Positions 1 through 9,647 of a stretch of DNA of 64,000 nt are shown here, in pieces; within the stretch, counting starts at the first letter, position 1, and each line of letters begins with the position of its first letter. The notes beneath the pieces are model-generated. The model worked only from the letters and a program-made list of their open reading frames with translations, made no database searches and was not told the origin of the DNA. The stretch is from a virus: positions 1-64,000 of the IMG/VR virus record IMGVR_UViG_3300045283_000397; one strand, 5' to 3'. Made by a program: the position numbers and the translations under genes.

Positions 1-779
1 CCCCGGCGCTGGCGGACCAGCTCGTTGCTGGGACTGGTGGCGTTTATCTGGGCGGTGGCGGCGTCGTAGGGCGCGGCGCGGCTGTGCTCCGGGCCCACCA
101 TGGCCGGGCCGCCGGGATGCTGCGGGCGCGCAGCCAGGCCCTGGACAGCGGCGATGATCATCTCGGGAGTCAGCGCGCCCGCGCCCGCGGGCTGGCTACG
201 CATGCGCTCGACCTCCGCGGTGAGGAGGTCGATCTTGTGGTTGAGGGTGCGAATTTGCGAGTCGCGATCCTCCAGCTCCTTGCGCATCTGGGCCAGGCCC
301 ACGCCCTTCTGGGCCACCTTGAGGAATTTCTCGGCCTCGTTGATCCAGCCCTGGCAGCCCATCCCGATGTTGTCGATCGCGGCGCCCGAGAGATCCACGA
401 GCTGCTCCATGGTATAGACGCCATGCGCCTTGAGAGTGCGCGCGATGCTGGGCTTCTCGGGGTAGATAAGGTCCACCGGGGTGCCGTCGGGGATATGCGT
501 CTTGTTCTGCTGGAAGGCGGCCCACTGGCGCGGCCACTGCCTCACCACATCGGCCGTCGCCGGCTTTACCACAATATTGTAGCGCTCCTCGCCCGGCTGG
601 TAGATCTTCACGAAGACCTGGTCCTCGTACACCGGGCGGTTGGCCTCGCGCGACTTGGCCGGGTTGGGCACCGAGTCGTTATAGAAGATGACCACGGGCT
701 CCTTGCCGTAGCGCGCGATGCCCACGTTGCCTTGCCAGTCGATGTTGGTGTGGCCGCTGAATTCAGTCATGTCTGCCAT
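1..779 (-). CDS. Hypothetical phage protein, truncated at the window edge
   Basis: Not in the ORF track because it runs off the end. Translation from ATG 779: MADMTEFSGHTNIDWQGNVGIARYGKEPVVIFYNDSVPNPAKSREANRPVYEDQVFVKIYQPGE..., open to position 1. Confidence 0.7.
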   Translation of the reverse strand, partial: MADMTEFSGHTNIDWQGNVGIARYGKEPVVIFYNDSVPNPAKSREANRPVYEDQVFVKIYQPGEERYNIVVKPATADVVRQWPRQWAAFQQNKTHIPDGTPVDLIYPEKPSIARTLKAHGVYTMEQLVDLSGAAIDNIGMGCQGWINEAEKFLKVAQKGVGLAQMRKELEDRDSQIRTLNHKIDLLTAEVERMRSQPAGAGALTPEMIIAAVQGLAARPQHPGGPAMVGPEHSRAAPYDAATAQINATSPSNELVRQRR

Positions 780-780
780 T

Positions 781-1137
781 TCAAGCTCCTGCCTTGTTAA
801 TGCGCACGCCGTTGGCGTCCGCGGCGCCCAGCGAGTCGCCGGGCGAGCCCTCCAAAGGGCTGTTGCCCATCTGGTTGATGTAGTCCTCGATCTGGGAGAT
901 GTTGCCTTCGATGGTGTCGAGCAGCGCGGACTTGTTGTCCAACGCCGCGCCGCCGCGTTTCTCTATGACGTCGAGGCGCGCATTGAGCTGCGCGGCGCGC
1001 GCGCCCAGCGCGGCCATAACCGCGGGCGAGCGCGCGGCCAGGCGCTTGATCTCATGGTGGTCTGCCATTCGTTGCCTCATCATGTATAGGTTGGCCTGCG
1101 CGTGGGCTATGCCCGCGAGCAAGAGATCGTGGCGCAT
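781..1137 (-). CDS. Hypothetical protein
   Basis: ORF 781..1233; likely start MRHDLLLAG at 1137, just after the upstream stop. Confidence 0.55.
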   Translation of the reverse strand: MRHDLLLAGIAHAQANLYMMRQRMADHHEIKRLAARSPAVMAALGARAAQLNARLDVIEKRGGAALDNKSALLDTIEGNISQIEDYINQMGNSPLEGSPGDSLGAADANGVRINKAGA

Positions 1138-1139
1138 CG

Positions 1140-2570
1140 CTATTCGGCGGCTGCGAGCAACGCGGCGCCGTAGCGGCTGGCGCGCACCAGCTTTACCAGC
1201 TCGTCCTGAACTTGGTTCATCACCGAGCGCCAATCGCCCGGCTCGGGCTGGGCGAAGATGCGCATGGTGGGATACCAGGGGCTGGTCGGCGCGTTGCCCA
1301 GCCAGCGCCAGCAGCCATCGTAGCGCGAGAGCAGCCAGGTGGGCACTCCCAAGGCGCCGGCCACATGGGCCACTGCGGTGTCCACCGAGATCACGAGGTC
1401 GAGACCCGCGATCATGGCCGCGGTGTCATAGAAATCGTCCAAATCGTCGGTAGCATCGGCTATGGTCATACCCACGGGCGGGGAGCGCACCTGGGCGGCG
1501 GGCTCGCCGCCCTTCTGGAGGCTAACCCAGCTGACCGCGCGCACCTGGGCTAAGGGAGCCCAATCATTGAGATGCGTGGAGCGCCTCTGGTCGGTGGCCA
1601 CGCAGGCGGGCTGGCTCTTGCGGCTCATGCCCGCCCAGCAAGCGCCCACTCTCAGCCCCGGCGGCAGCGCCTTGATCATGTCCTGGCAGGATTCGATACG
1701 CTCCCTCGATGGAAAGACGTAGGGCACGCCCGCAGGGATGGTTTCAACGGTGGTGCCCAGTATGCGCGGACAGCTCATCACCGGCGCACAGGCAACGGTG
1801 CGCGGCGGGAGCGCCTCGCCATAGCAAACCACGCCGTCGATGCCCTTCATGGTCGCGGCCAAGCGCGCGAGCGGGGGGCGGACTTCTAAGTAAACCCGGC
1901 CGCGCCAGCGCTCCTTGGCCAGCGCGGCGTAGCGCATGAAATGGATAGCGTCGCCGTGGCCCTGCTCGGTGTAGAGCAGGAGGCCCTCGTCCGGGTCTTT
2001 GGCTTTTTCGCCCTCCCAGACGGGCAAGGGCAGGCCGCGCGGCACGAGCTGGGAGCTTTTCCAGCGCCACTCGAACTCGCGCCACCCGGCCGCGAAGTTG
2101 CCCAGCTCCAATTCCATGAAGGAGAGGTTGAGGTGGCCGTCCACGTATTCGGGATTGTGCTTTATGGCCTCGCGGTAGGCGGCGAGGGCCGGAGCCTTGC
2201 GGCCCTGGGCCTTGTGGATGTTGCCCATGTTGACGAGCGCCTCGCCGAAGCCCGGCTTGAGCTTAAGCGCAAGCCCATAGTCGCTGATGGCGTCGTCCCA
2301 CAATTGCAGGTCAGCGCGCGCCACGCCGCGATTGTTGTAGTATTCGGCGACGGGTTCCAGCGCGATGGCGCGATCGATATTAAGGACGGCGTCGAACGGG
2401 TGGCCGAGCTGGAGCAGGTAGAGCCCGCGATTGTTCCAAGCCCGCGCGTCGCGCGGGTCGGCTACCAGGCATTGGTGCAACTGGGTTATGGCAGTGGGCA
2501 AATTGCCCTGGTGGCCGTGCATCATGGCGGACTCGAAGAGCTCGGCCGAGTTATTCGCAGGCTTAGGCAT
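1140..2570 (-). CDS. TPR-repeat protein fused to a GT-B (family 9-like) glycosyltransferase domain
   Basis: N-terminal TPRs (AWNNRG, YYNNRG, ALVNMG, GHLNLS). C-terminal EQGHGDAIHFMRY...LDLVISVDTAVAHVAGALG...WRW...SPWYPTMRIF. SD GGAGG upstream. Confidence 0.9.
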   Translation of the reverse strand: MPKPANNSAELFESAMMHGHQGNLPTAITQLHQCLVADPRDARAWNNRGLYLLQLGHPFDAVLNIDRAIALEPVAEYYNNRGVARADLQLWDDAISDYGLALKLKPGFGEALVNMGNIHKAQGRKAPALAAYREAIKHNPEYVDGHLNLSFMELELGNFAAGWREFEWRWKSSQLVPRGLPLPVWEGEKAKDPDEGLLLYTEQGHGDAIHFMRYAALAKERWRGRVYLEVRPPLARLAATMKGIDGVVCYGEALPPRTVACAPVMSCPRILGTTVETIPAGVPYVFPSRERIESCQDMIKALPPGLRVGACWAGMSRKSQPACVATDQRRSTHLNDWAPLAQVRAVSWVSLQKGGEPAAQVRSPPVGMTIADATDDLDDFYDTAAMIAGLDLVISVDTAVAHVAGALGVPTWLLSRYDGCWRWLGNAPTSPWYPTMRIFAQPEPGDWRSVMNQVQDELVKLVRASRYGAALLAAAE

Positions 2571-2587
2571 GGTTCCTCCCTGTGGTG

Positions 2588-2617
2588 AAAAAGGGCGGCG
2601 GGCCTAGGGCCCGCCGC
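2588..2617 (-). terminator. Intrinsic terminator
   Basis: GCGGCGGGCC-CTA-GGCCCGCCGC stem followed by CCTTTTT on the minus strand, just after the 2635..3201 gene. Confidence 0.7.
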
Positions 2618-2634
2618 TAAGTTGCGGGACTACG

Positions 2635-3201
2635 TTAGTCGAGCGCGCCCGCCAGGGGATAGTTGAGGATAGCATTGAATCGCGACCCAGCCGTGAAGGC
2701 GGACTGGGAGAACACGATGCCAGCCACGATGCCCGAGGTGCCCGCGCCGCCCGTGGCGCCCAGGCCGCCGGTGGTGGTGGACGAGTGCAACGTGGCATTG
2801 GCGGCCACCGAGAGGCCCACGAGTACCAGCGGCGCGTTGCCGGCGCGCTGGACCCAGAAGTAGGAGCCGGTCTGGGTGCCCGAGGGCGCCGGGACGAACA
2901 TCGAGCCGTTGGAGCCGCCCACCACGCCGAGCAGCTGGCCAAAGCCCGCGCGCACGAGGGTGTTGGTAATCGGCGCCACCGACCACGAGCCGGGCGTGCC
3001 CGCGATGATGACCACGTTACCGAAGCCGATGGTCACCGAGGCCGTGCAGTAGACCCACTCCGAGCCATCCGTGCCCCAGGCGAGCTCCCCAGCGAGAAAC
3101 GGAGGGGCAGGGTATTCGGGCGCGGACTTGACATCGAGCAGGAAGACCGAGTTGATGTCGATGCCTTCCTGCGAGGTAGTGCTGTAGATTGCGGCGGCCA
3201 T
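2635..3201 (-). CDS. Putative virion structural (capsid decoration/cement-like) protein
   Basis: Gly/Thr/Ala-rich beta-type sequence with GELAWGTDGSEWVY and YFWVQRAG motifs, strong SD, own terminator, in the head operon. Confidence 0.6.
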   Translation of the reverse strand: MAAAIYSTTSQEGIDINSVFLLDVKSAPEYPAPPFLAGELAWGTDGSEWVYCTASVTIGFGNVVIIAGTPGSWSVAPITNTLVRAGFGQLLGVVGGSNGSMFVPAPSGTQTGSYFWVQRAGNAPLVLVGLSVAANATLHSSTTTGGLGATGGAGTSGIVAGIVFSQSAFTAGSRFNAILNYPLAGALD

Positions 3202-3348
3202 TGGCCACCTCCTTTATAGTCGGGTTAAGGGTAAGCGGTGCAGTGGAGGTGCCGCCGCCCATTGGTTTGGGCAGCCGCGCCTTACCGCCGCGCTATCGGC
3301 CGGGGGGATTGGTTTCCCCTAAGACCGGCCTGCGCGGCGAGAAGCTCT

Positions 3349-4065
3349 CTAGGTCAGCGCGAGTTGCTCGCCCAGTTGGGCCAGCAGTCGCTGGTCGTCC
3401 GGCGTGGCGGTGCGCCGCACGTGGTCGCTCTTAAGCGCGAGCTCGACGCGGCGCGCAAGCGGCGCGCCACGGTAAGCGCGCGGCCAATTGCGCATGGCGT
3501 GGAAGCCGAAGGTCGCGTGGCGCACGGGGATGCACTCGTAGGCGAAGCGCGCGGCTAGGGCCTCGGGAGCCCAGCGGAAACCGCTCGCTTCCAATGCTCT
3601 CCGGTAACCGCGGCAGAGCGTCTCGTCCTCCGGCGTTATGACCGGGAGGCGCTTCTCCCACAGATACTTCATGAGCCGCGCGGAGCGCAGGCTAAAGCCG
3701 CCGTTGCCCACGTTGCGCCCGTCGCCATACCACCAGGGCGCCCCGATGTAGTCGTAGGCGAGGAAGTCATCGGTCCATTGGCGCGGGTTGAGCACGCCCG
3801 CATCCCAATGGAGATTGAGCACATGGCTGGTCTCGATGTAAATGGGCGCCACGCGCCAGAGCAGCTCCTCGGGGCCCACCTTCTTGGCATCCATCCAGGG
3901 CACGTAGCGATGGCGCGCGCCCGAGCCGGCCAGCAAATCCTCGTTGGAGAACAGCAGCACCTGGCCGAATTCGATCTGCGCGAGGGCATCATCCAGTGCC
4001 AGGCGCATGAGGCCGGGGTTGATGTTGTCGGCCGCGAGCAGGGTGACTTGGGGCAGCCTAAGCAT
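3349..4065 (-). CDS. DUF5672-like putative glycosyltransferase
   Basis: WTDDFLAYDYIGAPW...VGNGGFSLRS...PEDETLC...FGFH motifs. Confidence 0.75.
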   Translation of the reverse strand: MLRLPQVTLLAADNINPGLMRLALDDALAQIEFGQVLLFSNEDLLAGSGARHRYVPWMDAKKVGPEELLWRVAPIYIETSHVLNLHWDAGVLNPRQWTDDFLAYDYIGAPWWYGDGRNVGNGGFSLRSARLMKYLWEKRLPVITPEDETLCRGYRRALEASGFRWAPEALAARFAYECIPVRHATFGFHAMRNWPRAYRGAPLARRVELALKSDHVRRTATPDDQRLLAQLGEQLALT

Positions 4066-4420
4066 CAGTACCACGCGGTTGCTGATTCTCAAAATCGTTA
4101 ATGTTTATTTCGCACAAAAACTTTTCAGCCGGCGGCGCCCCGTTTAACGAAAGCAGTCCATCCAGGCGCGTATAATTATCCCAATGCTCCCCCTCAGATG
4201 ATAATATGTATTGCTGGCCATGTAAGCCGTCTAAGGTTGCCGGCCCTCCGACAGCACTTGACCAATAGATGCCCCGGCGTGGGCTCAAATAAATATAATA
4301 GCAATCAACCGCCGTTTCGCCATACCCAATAAGCCGAACAGCGTCCCATCCGTCGAGCACAACCTTATTAAAGTAGCGCTGACAAAAGCCATATATCTGT
4401 GGGTGTCCTGGATTTATCAT
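4058..4420 (-). CDS. Hypothetical protein (AT-richer insert)
   Basis: ORF overlapping both neighbours' stop/start regions. Confidence 0.5.
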   Translation of the reverse strand: MINPGHPQIYGFCQRYFNKVVLDGWDAVRLIGYGETAVDCYYIYLSPRRGIYWSSAVGGPATLDGLHGQQYILSSEGEHWDNYTRLDGLLSLNGAPPAEKFLCEININDFENQQPRGTDA

Positions 4421-5583
4421 ATGGTGCGCCACTTGGCGAGCGGCACCGCGTGGTCCTGGCCGCCCTGGGTGAGCTCCTCGCGCATCTGCATCGCTTGCTC
4501 GATGCAGTCGTCCATGTCGAGGCCGTAGCGATAGCTGCCGGCGCGCCCGATGCTATAGACGCCCGGCGGCATCATCGCGTGATAGGCGGCGGCGCGGTGC
4601 TGCTCGGACTTGAAGGGCATCGGATAGTGCTTACCGTTTCGGCTGGGTATTTCAAGGCCAAGCAAGGTGGTCGGGGACTGATGGCGCGTAAACTTCTTGT
4701 ATTCGACCACGCGCGTGAACTGCTCGCTATTGGCGTAGTAGAGCATAAAGGTATTGGCCGGGAGGGCATGCTCCACCGGCAATACGATGCGGTGGAAATC
4801 GCGGCCCATAAACGGTAACTCGCCTTGGATTTTACTAATGAAAAAGTCATCCGGGGCAATCGTATTTACAATTAAATCAAATATATGCCACCCTCCACCT
4901 ACGAAAAACTGCTTCTTTCTTAAATCCATGGATCCGATTTTAGTTTTGAGCAGCACCTTGGCCGATTGCGTAGCGATGGCGAAGTAGTCGTCGTAGCCGT
5001 TGGCGGCATAGGGGTAGCCAGAGAGTGCGTTGTCCCAGGCTCGGCGCGGACCGGACTTGAGCGCCACGCCCTTCGGGCTCCAGCCGAAGTCGTCTATCTC
5101 GCGGTTGTCCGCGACGGCCCACATCTTCTTGTTGTAGCCATCGACCATCTTGGAATAGAGCGTACGCCCCACGTATCTAATCCAATATTCCTCCAGATTT
5201 TGGGGCGAACATATAACCTGAGAACCTGCCTCAAATAATTCCTGTTCAATTTTCATCGCATCAGGCATCCGCTCGATGTCGGCGGTATTGATGGGGTAGG
5301 AGTAGAAGGCGTTGTCGCGCTCGACGTAGGTGTAGAATTCATGCTCCGGGATTGGCCGAAGAGGGATGAGGCCATCCATGTAGGCCCAGACGGCCGCGTT
5401 CTGAGTGAGAAAGTGGCGCGGGCCGAAGGTGTGCGGGTGGCCGCCCCACCACATGGTGCGCACCCCGGCGCCCAGGACCGGGGTGGATTCGACGATCGTG
5501 ACGTCCCAGCCCTGCATGAGGTGCAGCTGGTGGGCCGCGGCGCAGCCCGCGAAGCCGCCGCCGATTATGAGCGCGCGCTTCAC
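4417..5583 (-). CDS. glf: UDP-galactopyranose mutase-like flavoprotein
   Basis: GGGFAG FAD motif, HTFGPRHF, YNKKMW, FTRVVEYK, HYP, IGRAGSYRYGLDMD. Confidence 0.8.
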   Translation of the reverse strand: MKRALIIGGGFAGCAAAHQLHLMQGWDVTIVESTPVLGAGVRTMWWGGHPHTFGPRHFLTQNAAVWAYMDGLIPLRPIPEHEFYTYVERDNAFYSYPINTADIERMPDAMKIEQELFEAGSQVICSPQNLEEYWIRYVGRTLYSKMVDGYNKKMWAVADNREIDDFGWSPKGVALKSGPRRAWDNALSGYPYAANGYDDYFAIATQSAKVLLKTKIGSMDLRKKQFFVGGGWHIFDLIVNTIAPDDFFISKIQGELPFMGRDFHRIVLPVEHALPANTFMLYYANSEQFTRVVEYKKFTRHQSPTTLLGLEIPSRNGKHYPMPFKSEQHRAAAYHAMMPPGVYSIGRAGSYRYGLDMDDCIEQAMQMREELTQGGQDHAVPLAKWRTI

Positions 5584-5879
5584 GATATCGCCCTTGGATA
5601 AAAGGGAGAATCTTTATGGCGCAAGATATGCGGCTTCAATTCCAGAAACAATTCATCTGAAAGATGAATTGGAGAATGATATCGCGCGCGATTAGCGCTA
5701 ATGCTCTCCGTCTGGCGCACGACTTGATTGGACCACCACCAATTTTCCTTAGTCTCACACTGCCAGCAACCCCAATTTATAGGCACCTCGAATGACTCCC
5801 GCACCCAAAGGTAATGGGCTTCCGCAAGACCAAGCGGGGTTTGCAAATAAATAAAAGGTTCTAAAACAGTAATACTCAT
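5580..5879 (-). CDS. Hypothetical protein
   Basis: ORF starting MSITVLEPF, coupled to its neighbours. Confidence 0.5.
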   Translation of the reverse strand: MSITVLEPFIYLQTPLGLAEAHYLWVRESFEVPINWGCWQCETKENWWWSNQVVRQTESISANRARYHSPIHLSDELFLELKPHILRHKDSPFYPRAIS

Positions 5880-6808
5880 CCGTAGTGGCCCTTCCCGTAC
5901 AGCATCTGCCACCAGCGCTCGTCGGCGCTGGCCGGGGGGTCGAGCTGGGCGGCTTGCCAGGCCTGGACCTCGGCCAGGGTGACGGTTAGGTCCGGGGGGC
6001 GGGCGGAGCCGTCGATAGCCTGGGGCGTTACGGCGTAGCGGCGCAAAGTGGCTTGAACGGTGTCAGAGCCGTTTAGGGCCTCGGAGCCCCAGCCCTCGAT
6101 AAGCAGCGGGGCGCCCCAGATAGAGGCCAGGCGCATGAGATAGGCGGCGGCGTCGCGGTGCATCTCGCAGATGACGTGGTTGGCGGCCACCAACTCCACC
6201 GGGAGCGCTTCGAGTGGTGCGGTGTCGATGCGGTAGAAGTGCCACCAGGGCACATGGACCACCCGGCCGGTGTGGTCGGCGCCATTAGCGCCGGGCTGGG
6301 CCATCTCGACAAAGCGCTCGCCAAGCAAGGCCTCGTAGAGGCGGTTCTGCCACAGATAGAAGGCCTGGGCGTTCTCCACCGCATAGACCACGTAGCCGGC
6401 GAGGCCGAGTAGCGCGGTTAGGTAGCCGGAGCCCGGGCCGATCTCCACGATAAGGGCCGGGGGCGCGGCGCGCGCGCGTATGGCGCGGAAGGCGATGGTG
6501 GCGCGGGCCAGCGCGCCGCGCGGCGTAACCGGGTGGCCATTGGTTAGGCTGCGGGCAGCGCGCGATATCTGGCGCCACCAATCCCACTCCTCCTGGGTGA
6601 GACCGCCGAGCTTCTCGTTGAAGTCGTCATCGAAGCGGCCCTCATGCATCGCATCGGCCCAGCGCCATAAAGCGCCCGAGCTAGCGGCTCGAGCGGGGTA
6701 GCCAATGGCGTTGAACAGCGCCGGGCGGCAGGCCTGGATAAGCCGGTTGGGCAATCCCTGCTCGGCCAGCAACTCGGCACGGTCGTAGGCGGCGGGGGTA
6801 AGCGTCAT
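5876..6808 (-). CDS. SAM-dependent methyltransferase, putative sugar O-methyltransferase
   Basis: IVEIGPGSGY motif I and NHVICEM; sugar-gene context. Confidence 0.65.
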   Translation of the reverse strand: MTLTPAAYDRAELLAEQGLPNRLIQACRPALFNAIGYPARAASSGALWRWADAMHEGRFDDDFNEKLGGLTQEEWDWWRQISRAARSLTNGHPVTPRGALARATIAFRAIRARAAPPALIVEIGPGSGYLTALLGLAGYVVYAVENAQAFYLWQNRLYEALLGERFVEMAQPGANGADHTGRVVHVPWWHFYRIDTAPLEALPVELVAANHVICEMHRDAAAYLMRLASIWGAPLLIEGWGSEALNGSDTVQATLRRYAVTPQAIDGSARPPDLTVTLAEVQAWQAAQLDPPASADERWWQMLYGKGHYG

Positions 6809-7344
6809 AGCGGCGGTATCCAAATAATTTGGGTCCCAGCATATTTACCCACCTCCCAGATAAACCAGGAATAGGACGTGGTACCGCTGCCAGCGTCGCC
6901 TTGATTGCCGTTCTTATAGATCGAAAGGCGCTGGGCGAATACCAGCACCCTAGCCGGGGGGCGGTCGCAGTAGAATTTGTTGTAGCGCCGTTTGCTCTCC
7001 AAAAAGGCCGTGCGTAATAGCAAGCAGACCTTGCCAGAAGCTAACGAAAGAGCGTGCTCCAGGATATCTTCGGCGATCCCGAACGGGGGGTTAGTGACAA
7101 TGTTGTCCTGGGGCGCGGTGATGTCGAAGAAATCGCGCCGTTCGCCGAAGCCTCGATCATATTTATCCGAAGCTTCCACCCAATAGCCATATTCTCTCAG
7201 CACCTTAACCATGCTGCCATCGCCACAGCAAGGTTCTAAAATAGACCCCTCAAATTTTTCATGGACCAGTAGTGCCTGAGTACCCCAACGCGGCGTTGGA
7301 TAAAAATCTGGGCCCGATTCGGCCAAGCGCCTATACGTGGCCAT
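6805..7344 (-). CDS. Phage amino (N6-adenine-type) DNA methyltransferase
   Basis: DFYPTP, ILEPCCGDG and VTNPPF motifs. Confidence 0.75.
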   Translation of the reverse strand: MATYRRLAESGPDFYPTPRWGTQALLVHEKFEGSILEPCCGDGSMVKVLREYGYWVEASDKYDRGFGERRDFFDITAPQDNIVTNPPFGIAEDILEHALSLASGKVCLLLRTAFLESKRRYNKFYCDRPPARVLVFAQRLSIYKNGNQGDAGSGTTSYSWFIWEVGKYAGTQIIWIPPL

Positions 7345-7348
7345 ACGT

Positions 7349-7819
7349 TCAATTCCCCAACTGAGCGGCAAGAAGCCTAATGTATTCCTGCTGGACCGCC
7401 GGGGCGTCATCCCGGCATGGCGCCCATGGCGCGAATTCGCGGTCGGCCTCGCCCAGGAAGGGCCCGGGCTTGCTTTCGTGGTAGACCACCAGCTTGGAAA
7501 CCGGCGTGGTCAGATGCCAGGCGCCCGCGGGGATGAGGGTAAGGAACGGGTCGGCGTGGTGGGCAAGCACCATCTGGTCGATGACCTGGCCGCTATCGTC
7601 AAAGACGAAGACCGCGAGGTCGCCCCTTATGATGTGGAGGCCTTCCGCCTTTGCCGGGGTGTTGTGGCGGTGCGGTGGAAAATAGGATCCGCGGTGCTCG
7701 CACACCACCATGGAATGGTAGAGGGCCTCGGGCCCAGAGTGCAGGCAGATGCGCTGGTTCTGCCTGGTCTTCTGGGCGGCGAAGACCAGCTTGTTAACGG
7801 CGGCTTTGTCGACGTTCAC
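7349..7819 (-). CDS. WbuC-family cupin-fold metalloprotein
   Basis: RICLH...YFPPHRH...E.L.IIRG...IPAGAWH...ESKPGPF.....FAPWAP. Confidence 0.85.
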   Translation of the reverse strand: MNVDKAAVNKLVFAAQKTRQNQRICLHSGPEALYHSMVVCEHRGSYFPPHRHNTPAKAEGLHIIRGDLAVFVFDDSGQVIDQMVLAHHADPFLTLIPAGAWHLTTPVSKLVVYHESKPGPFLGEADREFAPWAPCRDDAPAVQQEYIRLLAAQLGN

Positions 7820-8135
7820 TTTTCGTCTTCCTTATACACCGCATAGACATATTTCCAGGCTTCATGTGCTGCGCACATATTATAATACGCCACGTCCTCA
7901 TTGTCGTCATCTTTAAGAAATAAATTAACTGCCTTACTGAAATCGTAAGAATATTTAACTAATAAACCTTCAAGATCAGCTTTCATGGATGCCCACCATG
8001 GCTATCGTCTAGAAAGATACCGTAAAAACAATAGCCCATACAAATCAAGCCCATTGTAGTTAATAAACCCATTCCTACGTAACCAATGATTGAAAAAGTT
8101 TGTCCACACATCTTCAATAACCTTTAGCATAGGTA

Positions 8136-9041
8136 TTAGTGCTCATAGTTGACCACCTCGGCGGCGTAGCGGTCGATCATCGAGCCGATCTCCTGCGGCG
8201 CGTAGCCCCAGCGTTGGATGGCGCGCGCGGAGGAGATAAGGAAGGGCGGCTTTACCGGGGGAGCCTCGGTAAGTTCGACCTGCTGGCCTAAGCCGGCGGC
8301 GAGGCGCGTAATGGCCTCACGCACCGTTACTTGGCCAGCGGCGGCGCAGGTGACAGCGTTCAGGCCGCGCGGCATTTGATCACGCGCTAAAACGCGCGTA
8401 ATCAACGCGCAGAGGTCCGCGATGTGCACCGCGTTATTGAAAGGAGCGTCGAGGTTGTAAGCCTTTATCTGCACGGGCGCGGCGTGATGGTTACGGTGCA
8501 ACTTGGCAGCGAGGGCTGGCAGCCAGTTGCGCGCGCTGGCGCGCAAACCGATTATGCCGGGTAGGCGCAGCGCGAGCGCGGGTATGTCGAGGCCGGCCAG
8601 GATGCGCTCGCCCATATACTTGCTGGTGCCGTAGGGGTCGGGGTTGAGCCGACGGGAATGCTCATTCAGCACATATATGCCGTTCCCAATGTCGCCGTGG
8701 ACGCAGATGGACGAGAAGAAGATGACGATGCGCGGCTGCCATCTTACGAGGGCATCGGCCAGGCAGAGCATGTCGGCCACATTGTACTCGGCGATTACGT
8801 CAGCCGTGCACCAGGGCCCGGCCGCGGCGCAATGAATGACTGCCTCGGGCGCGGGGCCGGGGAGGCTGCCAACCTCGGCCAAGTCCCAATCGTATAGGCG
8901 CACGCCCAGCGCGTGCAAGGACTGGTTCTCGGGCGAGCGCGCGCGGGCCAGCGCGACCACGTGGGTGCCGGGCAGCGCGGCCAGGGCGCGCGCTACGTGG
9001 CTGCCCGCAAAGCCCCCGGCGCCGGTGATGAGCACCCTCAT
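8136..9041 (-). CDS. NAD-dependent sugar epimerase/dehydratase
   Basis: ITGAGGFAG, HCAA, FFSS and YGTSK (YxxxK) motifs. Confidence 0.85.
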   Translation of the reverse strand: MRVLITGAGGFAGSHVARALAALPGTHVVALARARSPENQSLHALGVRLYDWDLAEVGSLPGPAPEAVIHCAAAGPWCTADVIAEYNVADMLCLADALVRWQPRIVIFFSSICVHGDIGNGIYVLNEHSRRLNPDPYGTSKYMGERILAGLDIPALALRLPGIIGLRASARNWLPALAAKLHRNHHAAPVQIKAYNLDAPFNNAVHIADLCALITRVLARDQMPRGLNAVTCAAAGQVTVREAITRLAAGLGQQVELTEAPPVKPPFLISSARAIQRWGYAPQEIGSMIDRYAAEVVNYEH

Positions 9042-9376
9042 TAGTAGATCGTCTCGTAGCGCTCGCTTACCTTGGGCGTTTCCTTCTCGCCCAGGGCGAC
9101 TTCCACGTCGATTACCCCGGCGTCGGCGATCTCGTCCCAGTGTTCCTCGATATACAAATGGGCAACATGCCAGGTGCGATCGCCCCAATCGTAGGGGTCA
9201 TGGTGGGCTGGCCGGCGGCCGTGGAGACTGGTGAGCAAGATACAGCGCTTCTCGCCATAGCCCGCGCGGCGCAGCAGATAATCATCGTAGCTATTGCCGA
9301 AGAGCGAGCAGTCGATGGCCACGGCCGGGATGAATGTGCCCTTGTCGCGGATTTCCAGGAACTTCACGCGCGTCAT
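9041..9376 (-). CDS. Hypothetical protein
   Basis: ORF with SD GGAGG, downstream of a predicted promoter. Confidence 0.55.
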   Translation of the reverse strand: MTRVKFLEIRDKGTFIPAVAIDCSLFGNSYDDYLLRRAGYGEKRCILLTSLHGRRPAHHDPYDWGDRTWHVAHLYIEEHWDEIADAGVIDVEVALGEKETPKVSERYETIY

Positions 9377-9489
9377 GTAAGCCCTCCCTAAGCATAGGCG
9401 TCCCGCAAGGCAACTTTCTCCGATATTCCTGGATCGCTGTTGCCGCTACGTGGGCCGGCTAGGGGGCTAGCCGCTGCGGGACAAAGGGT

Positions 9490-9518
9490 AGGTTAGCGCC
9501 GCGCGCGGGCGCGGCAAA
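9490..9518 (-). promoter_or_regulatory. Sigma70-like promoter
   Basis: TTTGCC-N17-TAACCT, the same pattern as other intergenic promoters in the window. Confidence 0.5.
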
Positions 9519-9647
9519 GCTAAAAGCGCCCAGCCAGTACTTCACGCGCGGCTAGGTACATGCACATGAGCGCGAGGCCGAGCACGAAGGCCATCGCGCC
9601 GCGCAAGTAGCGCGCGGGGATATAGGCGCCGAGGAGTTCCAATAGGT

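Noticed and set aside
84-800. Long plus-strand ORFs opposite real genes (for example 84..800, 12925..13881, 21533..22687, 27835..28743, 46889..47848)
   Set aside because: These are antisense shadows caused by high-GC codon bias and carry no recognisable motifs.
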